Positions 24,510-34,323 of a DNA stretch of 64,000 nucleotides are shown here, piece by piece. The notes beneath the pieces are model-generated. The model worked only from the letters and a program-made list of their open reading frames with translations, searched no databases and was not told where the DNA came from. The DNA is taken from contig NIVC01003244.1 of the NCBI GenBank assembly GCA_002269645.1, positions 1 through 64,000 on the forward strand, given 5' to 3'. The number at the start of each line of letters is the position of its first letter. Position 1 is the first letter of the stretch. Source of the DNA: Macrostomum lignano. Its lineage: Eukaryota. Both the position numbers and the translations under genes were made by a program.

Positions 24510-27500
24510 ATGCAGTCCGACGCCAGTCGCGAAGACTTGTTCCGAGCCCTATTCAGAGCCAAGTCTCTCCTAGTTGAATGCGACCAGCTTCATCGAGCCT
24601 ATGCTAGACAGTGCCGCCGGGTCAGTTCGCTGGAAGCCGAACTGGCCAGAGCTAGAGAATCGGCTAATCGTTGCTCAGCATTGAAAGCTGCCCTGTCATT
24701 AACCGAAGCTAACCTGCAGCGAACTCGGCACGAATTAGCGGAGGCTCGACTAGAATTGAGTCAGTTGAAGCAACCGAAACGTCGCGCGTCTAAACGAATA
24801 AGCAGCCGCGCCACCGATCCTGGGGTGTCAGCAGTTCAACCTAAGCGTCCTAGGCGTGTTGATTTGGACGCCACTTCTTCTAGCGATGAGGATAATGATG
24901 AGGATAAACCGCAACCTCAGGCGGAAGAATCCACCAGGCCTAAGAGCTCCAATCCTCACAGTGAAGCTCAAATACATGTACAAGAGCCTCTGTGCTCCTC
25001 CAATCAATCCGTTGTGATTGTTTCCGATGAAACAGCAAAGACTGCTGCTAATAGAAAGTTGTCTATAGAGCAGTGCCTGTCTTCTGTTAATCAGCGTCCA
25101 AGAAGAGCGCTTCAAATGTACGACAAAGATCGCAGCCGTAGAAATAAACATCAGCGCTACAGACAGAGTCTTTCGGCTAGTTGCGGTGCTGACTTCTCTA
25201 AATCTAAAACATCCCAGTCTCCTAAAACTGGCGTTATTCGGCGAAGGCATTCCCACCGGGTAGATCTGGATGCTACATCCAGCGAAGAGGAAGGCAATGG
25301 AAGCGGCGCTGCTAAAAGCAAAAGACGGCGTCCATTAGAGCCTCCTTTGCCGATCAAATCGTTTGCCTATAACACGAGGTCCAATGCGAAACTTTCGTCT
25401 GGCATTATTGAAATAAGTGCAGAATGTCGAGATGAAGCATCGTCTGATGTCACTATTGTCCTGCAGGATGAGGATGCTAATGGCACTGCAACAGATAAGC
25501 CTATTGTTGTGCAGAATGCAAATGGCACTGCAACAGATGAGCCCATTGTGCAGAATGCAGATGGCACTGCAACAGATGAGCCCATTGTGCAGGATGCAAA
25601 TGGCACTGCAACAGATAAGCCTATTGTTGTGCAGAATGCAGATGGCACTGCAACAGATGAGCCCATTGTGCAGAATGCAGATGGCACTGCAACAGATAAG
25701 CGCATTGTGCAGGATGCAGAAGGCACTGCAACAGATGAGTCCATTGTGCAGGATGTAGATGGCACTGCAACAGATGAGCCCATTGTGCAGGATGCAGAAG
25801 GCACTGCAACAGATGAGTCCATTGTGCAGGATGTAGATGGCACTGCAACAGATGAGCCCATTGTGCAGGATGCAGATGGCACTGCAACAGATGAGCCCAT
25901 TGTGCAGGATGCAGATGGCACTGCAACAGATCAACCCATTGTTTTGCAGAATGCAGATGGCACTGCAACAGATCAGCCCATGGTGCAGGATGCAGATGGC
26001 ACTGCAACAGATCAACCCATTGCTTTGCAGAATGCAGATGGCACTGCAACAGATCAGCCCATTGTGCAGGATGCAGATGGCACTGCAACAGATCAACCCA
26101 TTGTTTTGCAGAATGCAGATGGCACTGCAACAGATTACCCTATTGTTTTGCAGGATGCACATGGCACTGCAACAGATGAGCCTATTGTGCAGGATGCAGA
26201 TGGCACCACGACAGATGAGCCCATTGTTGAGCAGAATGAGGATTCAGATAGTGTTACATCAGACGAGGAATCATCTGTTTTACATGTTGCTGTAGAAGAT
26301 TCTAAGGAATCTGCTGTTATGGAAGAAGCTAAGGAACCATCTGATTCGTTTGTTGTCGCAGTGGAAGAAGCTAAGGAACCATCTGATTCGTTTGTTGGCC
26401 CAGTGGAAGAAGCTAAGGAACCATCTGATTCGTTTGTTGTCGCAGTGGAAGAAGCTAAGGAACCATCTGATTCGTTTGTTGTCGCAGTGGAAGAAGCTAA
26501 GAAATCATCTGATTCGTTTGTTGTCGCAGTGGAAGAAGCTAAGGAACCATCTGATTGGTTTGTTGGCCCAGTGGAAGAAGCTAAGGAACCATCTGATTCG
26601 TTTGTTGTCGCAGTGGAAGAAGCTAAGGAACCATCTGTTAATGATGCAATGGAAGACTCAAATGAATCGTTTAGTGTGACGGTTGTGGAAGATTCACTGC
26701 ACAATGAGAATAGAAAATTCATTGAACCTTCTACTAGCGAAGATTTCACATCTGAAAAAGATGTCACACTTCAAAATGCTAACAATACTACTGAGCTAAA
26801 AGTTAAACATGCGAAGAAAATTGATCCAGCAGAAGATCCTGTCGAATCGAGACTTTCCATAGCAGAAGTAGCAACAGATTCGACTCAAACGGTTGTAGAA
26901 AGACAAGAAAGTGTAGTCCGAGTCAAAACAACTGCATCAGCTTCATCGAGTGCCGCTTCTAGCGATCCTCATCATCATCGAATTGCCAATTGTTCCACAA
27001 CAAATAGCGAAGACTTCGACAATGCTTCGTGCAATCTGGCAATTGCCGATTTTAACGAAGACGACGAATTTGACAAAGCCTCGGTGGCAAGTTCAATTAA
27101 TAATCGACAGGTTTTGCCGTCGCTCTTGTCGCCGATCAGATCGCCCGACTCCGAGACAGTCGACCAGCCTGCGGCGCCCAGCGGCGAATCCGCCAGCCGA
27201 TTGAAACGGCGCTCTTTTCCTGTCGACGATTTTGTTCGCGATTTGAATACTTCGTCCGCGTTTCGAGCGGTTGCTAGCGCAATACCGGACGGTTGGCCTC
27301 TCGATCCAGTGATAGATTGGACATTCTTCTTGTCCCACAGGATCGACATGCTCGAATCTTTGCCAGCCGAACCGTTAAGCTATTTAGACCGGATTAATGC
27401 CGGGATAGCCGCTATTATTGATAATAGAGACGATAATAACAGCGCCGATTGTTGCCTTGACGACGACGAATTAGATTATCTGCTTCAGCCGGGTTCAATT

Positions 27501-27833
27501 GCCGAACTGTGCCGCGGAGGCGGCGTTCAACCGCCTTGGATTGTCAGCCGGTTGATTCCATTTCTTGAGCGGCTGTTAGATAAAACAGCTGATCGAAACA
27601 AAGACTCTAGAATTGGTTCGTTGCGCCGTCGCTGCCTGGCCTGCCTAATGATTGTCGGGCCCCTGTCGCCTCAGGCGGCCGCCCGATCCGCCGTTCGCTG
27701 GATCAACGCCGACCAGCCGGGGCCTGGCGACGTTATTGTTGGCCAAGTGAAACGGTTTCTAAAAATGAGACCGGCCCTGTTGAAAACTCTGTTCGTTACT
27801 GAGAAATTTCCAGTTTGCCTTCTGGCTGCTTGA
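24510..27833 (+). CDS. 1107-aa protein: N-terminal coiled coil, acidic tandem repeats, helical C-terminal region; possibly little elongation complex subunit ICE1-like
   Basis: Uninterrupted ATG-to-TGA ORF of non-satellite composition. N-terminal ALFRAKSLLVECDQLHRAYARQC keeps the A-L-x3-K-x6-D-x-L-x3-Y-x3-C spacing I recall for the ICE1 N-terminus. Identity tentative; the 3' end may splice further. Confidence 0.75.
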   Translation: MQSDASREDLFRALFRAKSLLVECDQLHRAYARQCRRVSSLEAELARARESANRCSALKAALSLTEANLQRTRHELAEARLELSQLKQPKRRASKRISSRATDPGVSAVQPKRPRRVDLDATSSSDEDNDEDKPQPQAEESTRPKSSNPHSEAQIHVQEPLCSSNQSVVIVSDETAKTAANRKLSIEQCLSSVNQRPRRALQMYDKDRSRRNKHQRYRQSLSASCGADFSKSKTSQSPKTGVIRRRHSHRVDLDATSSEEEGNGSGAAKSKRRRPLEPPLPIKSFAYNTRSNAKLSSGIIEISAECRDEASSDVTIVLQDEDANGTATDKPIVVQNANGTATDEPIVQNADGTATDEPIVQDANGTATDKPIVVQNADGTATDEPIVQNADGTATDKRIVQDAEGTATDESIVQDVDGTATDEPIVQDAEGTATDESIVQDVDGTATDEPIVQDADGTATDEPIVQDADGTATDQPIVLQNADGTATDQPMVQDADGTATDQPIALQNADGTATDQPIVQDADGTATDQPIVLQNADGTATDYPIVLQDAHGTATDEPIVQDADGTTTDEPIVEQNEDSDSVTSDEESSVLHVAVEDSKESAVMEEAKEPSDSFVVAVEEAKEPSDSFVGPVEEAKEPSDSFVVAVEEAKEPSDSFVVAVEEAKKSSDSFVVAVEEAKEPSDWFVGPVEEAKEPSDSFVVAVEEAKEPSVNDAMEDSNESFSVTVVEDSLHNENRKFIEPSTSEDFTSEKDVTLQNANNTTELKVKHAKKIDPAEDPVESRLSIAEVATDSTQTVVERQESVVRVKTTASASSSAASSDPHHHRIANCSTTNSEDFDNASCNLAIADFNEDDEFDKASVASSINNRQVLPSLLSPIRSPDSETVDQPAAPSGESASRLKRRSFPVDDFVRDLNTSSAFRAVASAIPDGWPLDPVIDWTFFLSHRIDMLESLPAEPLSYLDRINAGIAAIIDNRDDNNSADCCLDDDELDYLLQPGSIAELCRGGGVQPPWIVSRLIPFLERLLDKTADRNKDSRIGSLRRRCLACLMIVGPLSPQAAARSAVRWINADQPGPGDVIVGQVKRFLKMRPALLKTLFVTEKFPVCLLAA
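25473..26655 (+). repeat. Coding tandem repeats: DADGTATDEPIVQ (39/42 bp, ~25473-26230) and VEEAKEPSDSFVVA (42 bp, ~26319-26655)
   Basis: All unit lengths are multiples of 3 and in frame with the 1107-aa ORF. Confidence 0.9.
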
Positions 27834-27904
27834 CGCATTTTTGCCACTACTACTAGTGCTACTAACTGATTATTTTACGCTTTTGTTATTTGCCCTGCTG
27901 TGGT

Positions 27905-28440
27905 TGGTTCTTTTGAATGTGCTCTGGTTGTCTTTGTGTCTGTGTCCTGGTTGTCTTTGTGTCTGTGTGTTCTGGTTGTCTTTGTGTCTGTGTGTCCTGG
28001 TTGTCTTTGTGTCTGTGTGTCCTGGTTGTCTTTGTGTCTGTGTGTCCTGGTTGTCTTTGTGTCTGTGTGTCCTGGTTGTCTTTGTGTCTGTGTGTCCTGG
28101 TTGTCTTTGTGTCTGTGTGTCCTGATAGTCTTTGTCTCTGTGTGTCCTGGTTGTCTTTTTGTCTGTGTGTCCTGGTTGTCTTTGTGTCTGTGTGTCCTGA
28201 TAGTTTTTGTCTCTGTGTGTCCTGATAGTCTGTGTCTGTGTGTCCCCCCGATAGTCTTTGTGTCTCTGTATGTGTCCCCGATAGTCTTTGTGTCTCTGTA
28301 TGTGTCCCCGATAGTCTTTTGGTCTCTGTATGTGTCCCCGATAGTCTTTGTGTATCTGTATGTGTCCCTGATAGTCTTTGTGTCTCTGTGTGTGTTCTGG
28401 TCTTTTTGTGTCCTTCTATCCTGATTTTCGTTGAGTCCTG
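27905..28440. repeat. 25-bp minisatellite CCTGGTTGTCTTTGTGTCTGTGTGT
   Basis: About 20 units, degrading toward the 3' end. Confidence 0.9.
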
Positions 28441-28839
28441 ACTGTCTCTATCCTGGTTGTGTATGTGTGTGTCCTAGTTGCGTTTCAGTTTGTGTACCAG
28501 CTGTTTCGGGTTGTCTTTGTTTTTTAGGTTTTCTTTATTTCTTCGACTTTATAGTGTCTTTGTATCCTTTGTGTCTATTTCTACCTTATACTACCAGTAC
28601 ATGTCTGTTTGCCAGATGGTCAATCCATAGAAATCAAGACCGATCACGCCTTCATTCGACAATAAAGTTGTAAATATAAATATACTTCAATTTTTTATTT
28701 TTGCTAGGCTGTTCCGTTGGCAGGTGGTTATGTGCAGAAAAACATGTACTCGATTTATTGTGCTCTAAGTGCTGACTCATTCATTTGTTGAAAACAGCTG
28801 CTGCACTCTGGTGCGCAAGCGGTTGCAAACTGGGACATC

Positions 28840-31800
28840 GCCAGCCTCCCAGATCCTCAGTTGCTGGGCCAGCCTCCCAGATCCTCAGTTGCTGGGCCAG
28901 CCTCCCAGATCCTCAGTTGCTGGGCCAGCCTCCCAGATCCACAGTTGCTGGGCCAGCCTCTCAGATCCTCAGTTGCTGGGCCAGCCTCTCAGATCCTCAG
29001 TTGCTGGGCCAGCCTCCCAGATCCTCAGTTGCTGGGCCAGCCTCCCAGATCCTCAGTTGCTGGGCCAGCCTCCCAGATCCACAGTTGCTGGGCCAGCCTC
29101 CCAGATCCACAGTTGCTGGGCCAGCCTCTCAGATCCTCAGTTGCTGGGCCAGCCTCCCAGATCCACAGTTGCTGGGCCTGGGCCAGCCTCCCAGATCCTC
29201 AGTTGCTGGGCCAGCCTCCCAGATCCACAGTTGCTGGGCCTGGGCCAGCCTCCCAGATCCACAGTTGCTGGGCCAGCCTCCCAGATCCTCAGTTGCTGGG
29301 CCAGCCTCCCAGATCCTCAGTTGCTGGGCCAGCCTCCCAGATCCTCAGTTGCTGGGCCAGCCTCTCAGATCCTCAGTTGCTGGGCCAGCCTCTCAGATCC
29401 TCAGTTGCTGGGCCAGCCTCTCAGATCCTCAGTTGCTGGGCCAGCCTCTCAGATCCTCAGTTGCTGGGCCAGCCTCCCAGATCCTCAGTTGCTGGGCCAG
29501 CCTCTCAGATCCTCAGTTGCTGGGCCAGCCTCTCAGATCCTCAGTTGCTGGGCCAGCCTCCCAGATCCACAGTTGCTGGGCCAGCCTCCCAGGTCCTCAG
29601 TTGCTGGGCCAGCCTCTCAGATCCTCAGTTGCTGGGCCAGCCTCCCAGATCCTCAGTTGCTGGGCCAGCCTCCCAGATCCTCAGTTGCTGGGCCAGCCTC
29701 TCAGATCCTCAGTTGCTGGGCCAGCCTCCCAGATCCTCAGTTGCTGGGCCAGCCTCCCAGATCCTCAGTTGCTGGGCCAGCCTCCCAGTTCCTCAGTTGC
29801 TGGGCCAGCCTCCCAGATCCTCAGTTGCTGGGCCAGCCTCCCAGATCCTCAGTTGCTGGGCCAGCCTCCCACATCCTCAGTTGCTGGGCCAGCCTCCCAG
29901 ATCCTCAGTTGCTGGGCCAGCCTCCCAGAGTGTCAGTTGCTGGGCCAGCCTCCCAGATCCTCAGTTGCTGGGCCAGCCTCCCAGATCCTCAGTTGCTGGG
30001 CCAGCCTCCCAGATCCTCAGTTGCTGGGCCAGCCTCCCAGAGTGTCAGTTGCTGGGCCAGCCTCCCAGATCCTCAGTTGCTGGGCCAGCCTCCCAGATCC
30101 TCAGTTGCTGGGCCAGTCTCCCAGATCCTCAGTTGCTGGGCCAGCCTCCCAGATCCTCAGTTGCTGGGCCAGCCTCCCAGATCCTTAGTTGCTGGGCCAG
30201 CCACCCAGATCCTCAGTTGCTGGGCCAGTCTCCCAGATCCTCAGTTGCTGGGCCAGCCTCCCAGATCCTTAGTTGCTGGGCCAGCCTCCCAGATCCTCAG
30301 TTGCTGGGCCAGCCTCCCAGATCCTCAGTTGCTGGGCCAGTCTCCCAGATCCTCAGTTGCTGGGCCAGCCTCCCAGATCCTCAGTTGCTGGGCCAGCCTC
30401 CCAGATCCTCAGTTGCTGGGCCAGCCTCCCAGATCCTCAGTTGCTGGGCCAGTCTCCCAGATCCTCAGTTGCTGGGCCAGTCTCCCAGGTCTTCAGTTGC
30501 TGGGCCAGCCTCTCAGATCCTTAGTTGCTGGGCCAGTCTCCCAGATCCTCAGTTGCTGGGCCAGTCTCCCAGGTCTTCAGTTGCTGGGCCAGCCTCTCAG
30601 ATCCTTAGTTGCTGGGCCAGTCTCCCAGATCCTCAGTTGCTGGGCCAGTCTCCCAGGTCTTCAGTTGCTGGGCCAGCCTCTCAGATCCTTAGTTGCTGGG
30701 CCAGTCTCCTAGATCCTCAGTTGCTGGGCCAGCCTCCCAGGTCTTCAGTTGCTGGGCCAGCCTCTCAGATCCTTAGTTGCTGGGCCAGTCTCCCAGATCC
30801 TCAGTTGCTGGGCCAGTCTCCCAGATCCTCAGTTGCTGGGCCAGCCTCCCAGATCCTCAGTTGCTGGGCCAGTCTCCCAGATCCTCAGTTGCTGGGCCAG
30901 TCTCCCAGATCCTCAGTTGCTGGGCCAGTCTCCCAGATCCTCAGTTGCTGGGCCAGCCTCCCAGATCCTCAGTTGCTGGGCCAGTCTCCCAGATCCTCAG
31001 TTGCTGGGCCAGCCTCCCAGATCCTCAGTTGCTGGGCCAGCCTCCCAGATCCTCAGTTGCTGGGCCAGTCTCCCAGATCCTCAGTTGCTGGGCCAGCCTC
31101 CCAGATCCTCAGTTGCTGGGCCAGCCTCCCAGATCCTCAGTTGCTGGGCCAGCCTCCCAGATCCTCAGTTGCTGGGCCAGTCTCCCAGATCCTCAGTTGC
31201 TGGGCCAGCCTCCCAGATCCTCAGTTGCTGGGCCAGTCTCCCAGATCCTCAGTTGCTGGGCCAGCCTCCCAGATCCTCAGTTGCTGGGCCAGCCTCCCAG
31301 ATCCTCAGTTGCTGGGCCAGCCTCCCAGATCCTCAGTTGCTGGGCCAGCCTCCCAGATCCTCAGTTGCCAGGCCAGCCTCCCAGATCCTCAGTTGCTGGG
31401 CCAGCCTCCCAGATCCTCGGTTGCTGGGCCAGCCTCCCAGATCCTCAGTTGCTGGGCCAGTCTCCTAGATCCTCAGTTGCTGGGCCAGCCTCCCAGATCC
31501 TCAGTTGCTGGGCCAGTCTCCCAGATCCTCAGTTGCTGGGCCAGCCTCCCAGATCCTCAGTTGCTGGGCCAGCCTCCCAGATCCTCAGTTGCCGGGCCAG
31601 CCTCCCAGATCCTCAGTTGCTGGGCCAGCCTCCCAGATCCTCGGTTGCTGGGCCAGCCTCCCAGATCCTCAGTTATTGGGCCAGCCTCCCAGAGTGTCAG
31701 TTGCTGAGGCAGCCTCCCAGATCCTCAGTTGCTTTCCAGCCTCTCAGATCCTCAGTTACTGGGCCAGCCTCCCAGAGTGTCAGTTGCTGGGCCAGCCTCT

Positions 31801-32325
31801 CAGTGTCAGTTGCTGGGCCAGCCTCACAGATCGATCCTCAGTTGCTGGGCCAGCCTCACAGATCGATCCTCAGTTGCTGGGCCAGCCTCCCAGATCCTCA
31901 GTTGCTAGCTAGGCCAGCCCCCCAGATCCTCAGTTATTGGGCCAGCCTCCCAGAGTGTCAGTTGCTGAGGCAGCCTCCCAGATCCTCAGTTGCTTTCCAG
32001 CCTCTCAGATCCTCAGTTACTGGGCCAGCCTCCCAGAGTGTCAGTTGCTGGGCCAGCCTCTCAGTGTCAGTTGCTGGGCCAGCCTCACAGATCGATCCTC
32101 AGTTGCTGGGCCAGCCTCACAGATCGATCCTCAGTTGCTGGGCCGGCCTCCCAGATCCTCAGTTGCTAGCTAGGCCAGCCTCCCAGATCCTCAGTTGCTA
32201 GCTAGGCCAGCCTCCCAGATCCTCAGTTGCTAGCTAGGCCAGCCTCCCAGGTCCTCGGTTGCTGGGCCACCAGTCTCCCAGGTCCTCAGTTTGCTGAGCC
32301 AGCCTCCCAGATCTTTAGTTGCTGA
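28840..32325. repeat. 28-bp minisatellite (GCCAGCCTCCCAGATCCTCAGTTGCTGG), ~120 copies
   Basis: Tandem array; same unit as 9676-10507; degenerate 3' end. Confidence 0.95.
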
Positions 32326-32777
32326 GTTATGTGGCTTCCCGGACGTTTCAGCTGTTATTATATTCGTAGTTGGCCTTGTGCATACCAAATTTGTACTTTA
32401 GCTGGTAAATGGGGCGTCTGCAAAACAGATAAAGCGAACTAAAAACTTACATGCCGGTGTTATACTTTCGGATATCCGTGTCTTGTGTTGTCCGCCCAGA
32501 TAGTTCAAGTGCCTTCCGATCTCCACCCAGATATTCCAAGCATCGTGAAGTATCCGGATGCTTTGCGTTCTCCGGGGTACTTGCAGTCTCCCCCCCGGGA
32601 AGTCACAAGCAGGTTGAAAAACTAATGCAATGAACGATTTGTCAGGTAAATGTTTTCAAAGCAAAGAAGCAATAAATACCAAATTGTCAAAAATTCCAAA
32701 AGCAGCTTTTGTTTTTGTTTTCAGTCAATTAGTTAAATTACGTGCGTAGCTAGTTAGTAGTTAGTTAAATTAATTAG

Positions 32778-33270
32778 TTAGTTCAATTGGTTAGTCACCA
32801 GAATTAGTTCTACAAGCCATTGCCGTTGCATTGATGCTGGAGCCGATGTAGGCTGGCCGAGAGCAGCCGCCGCATCGCTTCCGAGCAGAGGCTCAAAGCC
32901 AAAAACAGCACTGAAAGGCGAAGCCACAGTCGTTGAGTTGCGTCTGCTGTTGTAAGCAAGTTGGATTGCGTCCAGGTGCCGATCCCAGTTAATGTCAGTT
33001 GGGGAGTTGCAAACCTTGCGAAGCAGGGTGAGGCACGTTTGGTTTAGCCTCTCAGTTTGTCCATTCGTCTGAGGATGGTAAGCACTCGTTACTCGTCTTT
33101 CCGTACCGGCCCTCCTGTAGCAAAGCCTCGATGATGGAATTGCAGAATTCCCTGCCTTGATCACTCAGAAGAATGCGAGGCCAGCCAAAAAGGCCAAATA
33201 GGCTTTTCAGTTCTCGAGCGACCGTGTCCGCTCGTACATTTGGTATTGGGCGAAAAACTGCAAAGGGGGT
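32778..33270 (-). mobile_element. Ty3/Gypsy integrase (rve) relic, frameshifted
   Basis: One frame gives PFAVFRPIPNVRADTVARELKSLFGLFGWPRILLSDQGREFCNS; another gives RRVTSAYHPQTNGQTERLNQT...WDRHLDAIQLAYNSRRNSTTVASPFSAVFG. These are typical Gypsy integrase core motifs. Truncated at its 5' end by a hairpin element. Confidence 0.85.
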
Positions 33271-33486
33271 GTCAACTTAAGGCTCTGGAATGGAACCCAA
33301 AGCAAGGCTTCAGACCAAACCGACTGGAATCGATAACTGGTCGGACCTGGTGACTAGAATCGCCGAGACATCCCATCCGGGTCCCTTCCTTGGGGATTCT
33401 AGTCCCCTGGTCCGACCAGTTATCGATTCCAGTCGGTTTGGTCTGGAGCCTTGCTTTGGGTTCCATTCCAGAGCCTTAAGTTGACA
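33270..33486. mobile_element. ~217-bp near-perfect palindrome (hairpin MITE) with TTAA near both ends
   Basis: TGTCAACTTAAGGCTCTGGAATGGAACCC...GGTCGGACC mirrors GGTCCGACC...GGGTTCCATTCCAGAGCCTTAAGTTGACA; arms ~90 bp. Confidence 0.8.
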
Positions 33487-34192
33487 TGAGATCCCCATTT
33501 TATCCCCTTTATCCCCTGGGACCCCAATCTGTGTAATTCATCTAGAGCTCACTGCTAGGTACAGATATATTAGCTGTTTGCATATAAAGGCCGTGTACAG
33601 GTCATATACGAGCTAAAGGCCCTGCACATGCAACCAGTAATTATTTGGCAGAGTTTTAGCCCCGTGGCTGTACTCCGCTCATGTTCATTTCTACCCCGGA
33701 GATCTCAAAATCAGGGAAAACGCAAGGCCTTGCGTTGTCCGGGACTGGAGATCGCAAAGCAGAGTCACATTCGTCTTGCGATCTCCGGCCGGAGACTGCA
33801 AGCGCACGGAGATTGCAAAGCCTAACACCGGTACATTTCGTTTGATTTTCACTTTTTCACTTAATAGGCAATCTACTCTACTATTAGTAGAAAAGAAGTA
33901 ATATAGAAGTAATTTGATTATATAATTGTTTCTACCAGTATCGCTAGGATTGGCCAGTGGCTCTGATTCGTCACGCATGGGAATCCATCGAATTCCGGGA
34001 TTTGGAAGCGTTTGACATGCAGACAGGCGTAACATTTCAGATTTTTAAACATCCATTTTCATCGTCACTGTTCGATTCCTGCTCCTCGAATACTCCCCCC
34101 ACCGGTCTCTAGTGGCACAATAAGCGGACAGAACTACTCGTAGCTGACTGGCTGACTGGATTTTGGCTTCGTTGTTCATTAAATTTTGCTGC

Positions 34193-34199
34193 TATAAAA
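34193..34199 (+). promoter_or_regulatory. Candidate TATA box of the prohormone gene
   Basis: TATAAAA ~130 bp upstream of ATG 34324, with an Inr-like TCACTG 30-40 bp downstream. Confidence 0.35.
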
Positions 34200-34323
34200 T
34201 CTGCGTTTTTTCGCACTCGCCGAATCTCTCACTGCAGTTTATCATAAGCAAACTTGAGTCTACAAATCATAATTAGAATATTCTTTGTGGCTAACTAAAG
34301 CGCGCTTATTCTTAGCAGAGAAA

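Noticed and set aside
9621-32201. Long repeat ORFs (GQPPRSSVAGPASQ, APKLLQ, HSNTDC, WFLQPVFVV, LEITPV, YVCLCV, DTQTHIEH)
   Set aside because: They are translations of stop-free satellite units, open in several frames at once; not evidence of genes. The 28798-31707 frame is treated separately as a hypothesis.
32354-32633. Candidate exons after the 28-bp array
   Set aside because: Several mutually incompatible splice and frame options; none can be preferred without transcripts.
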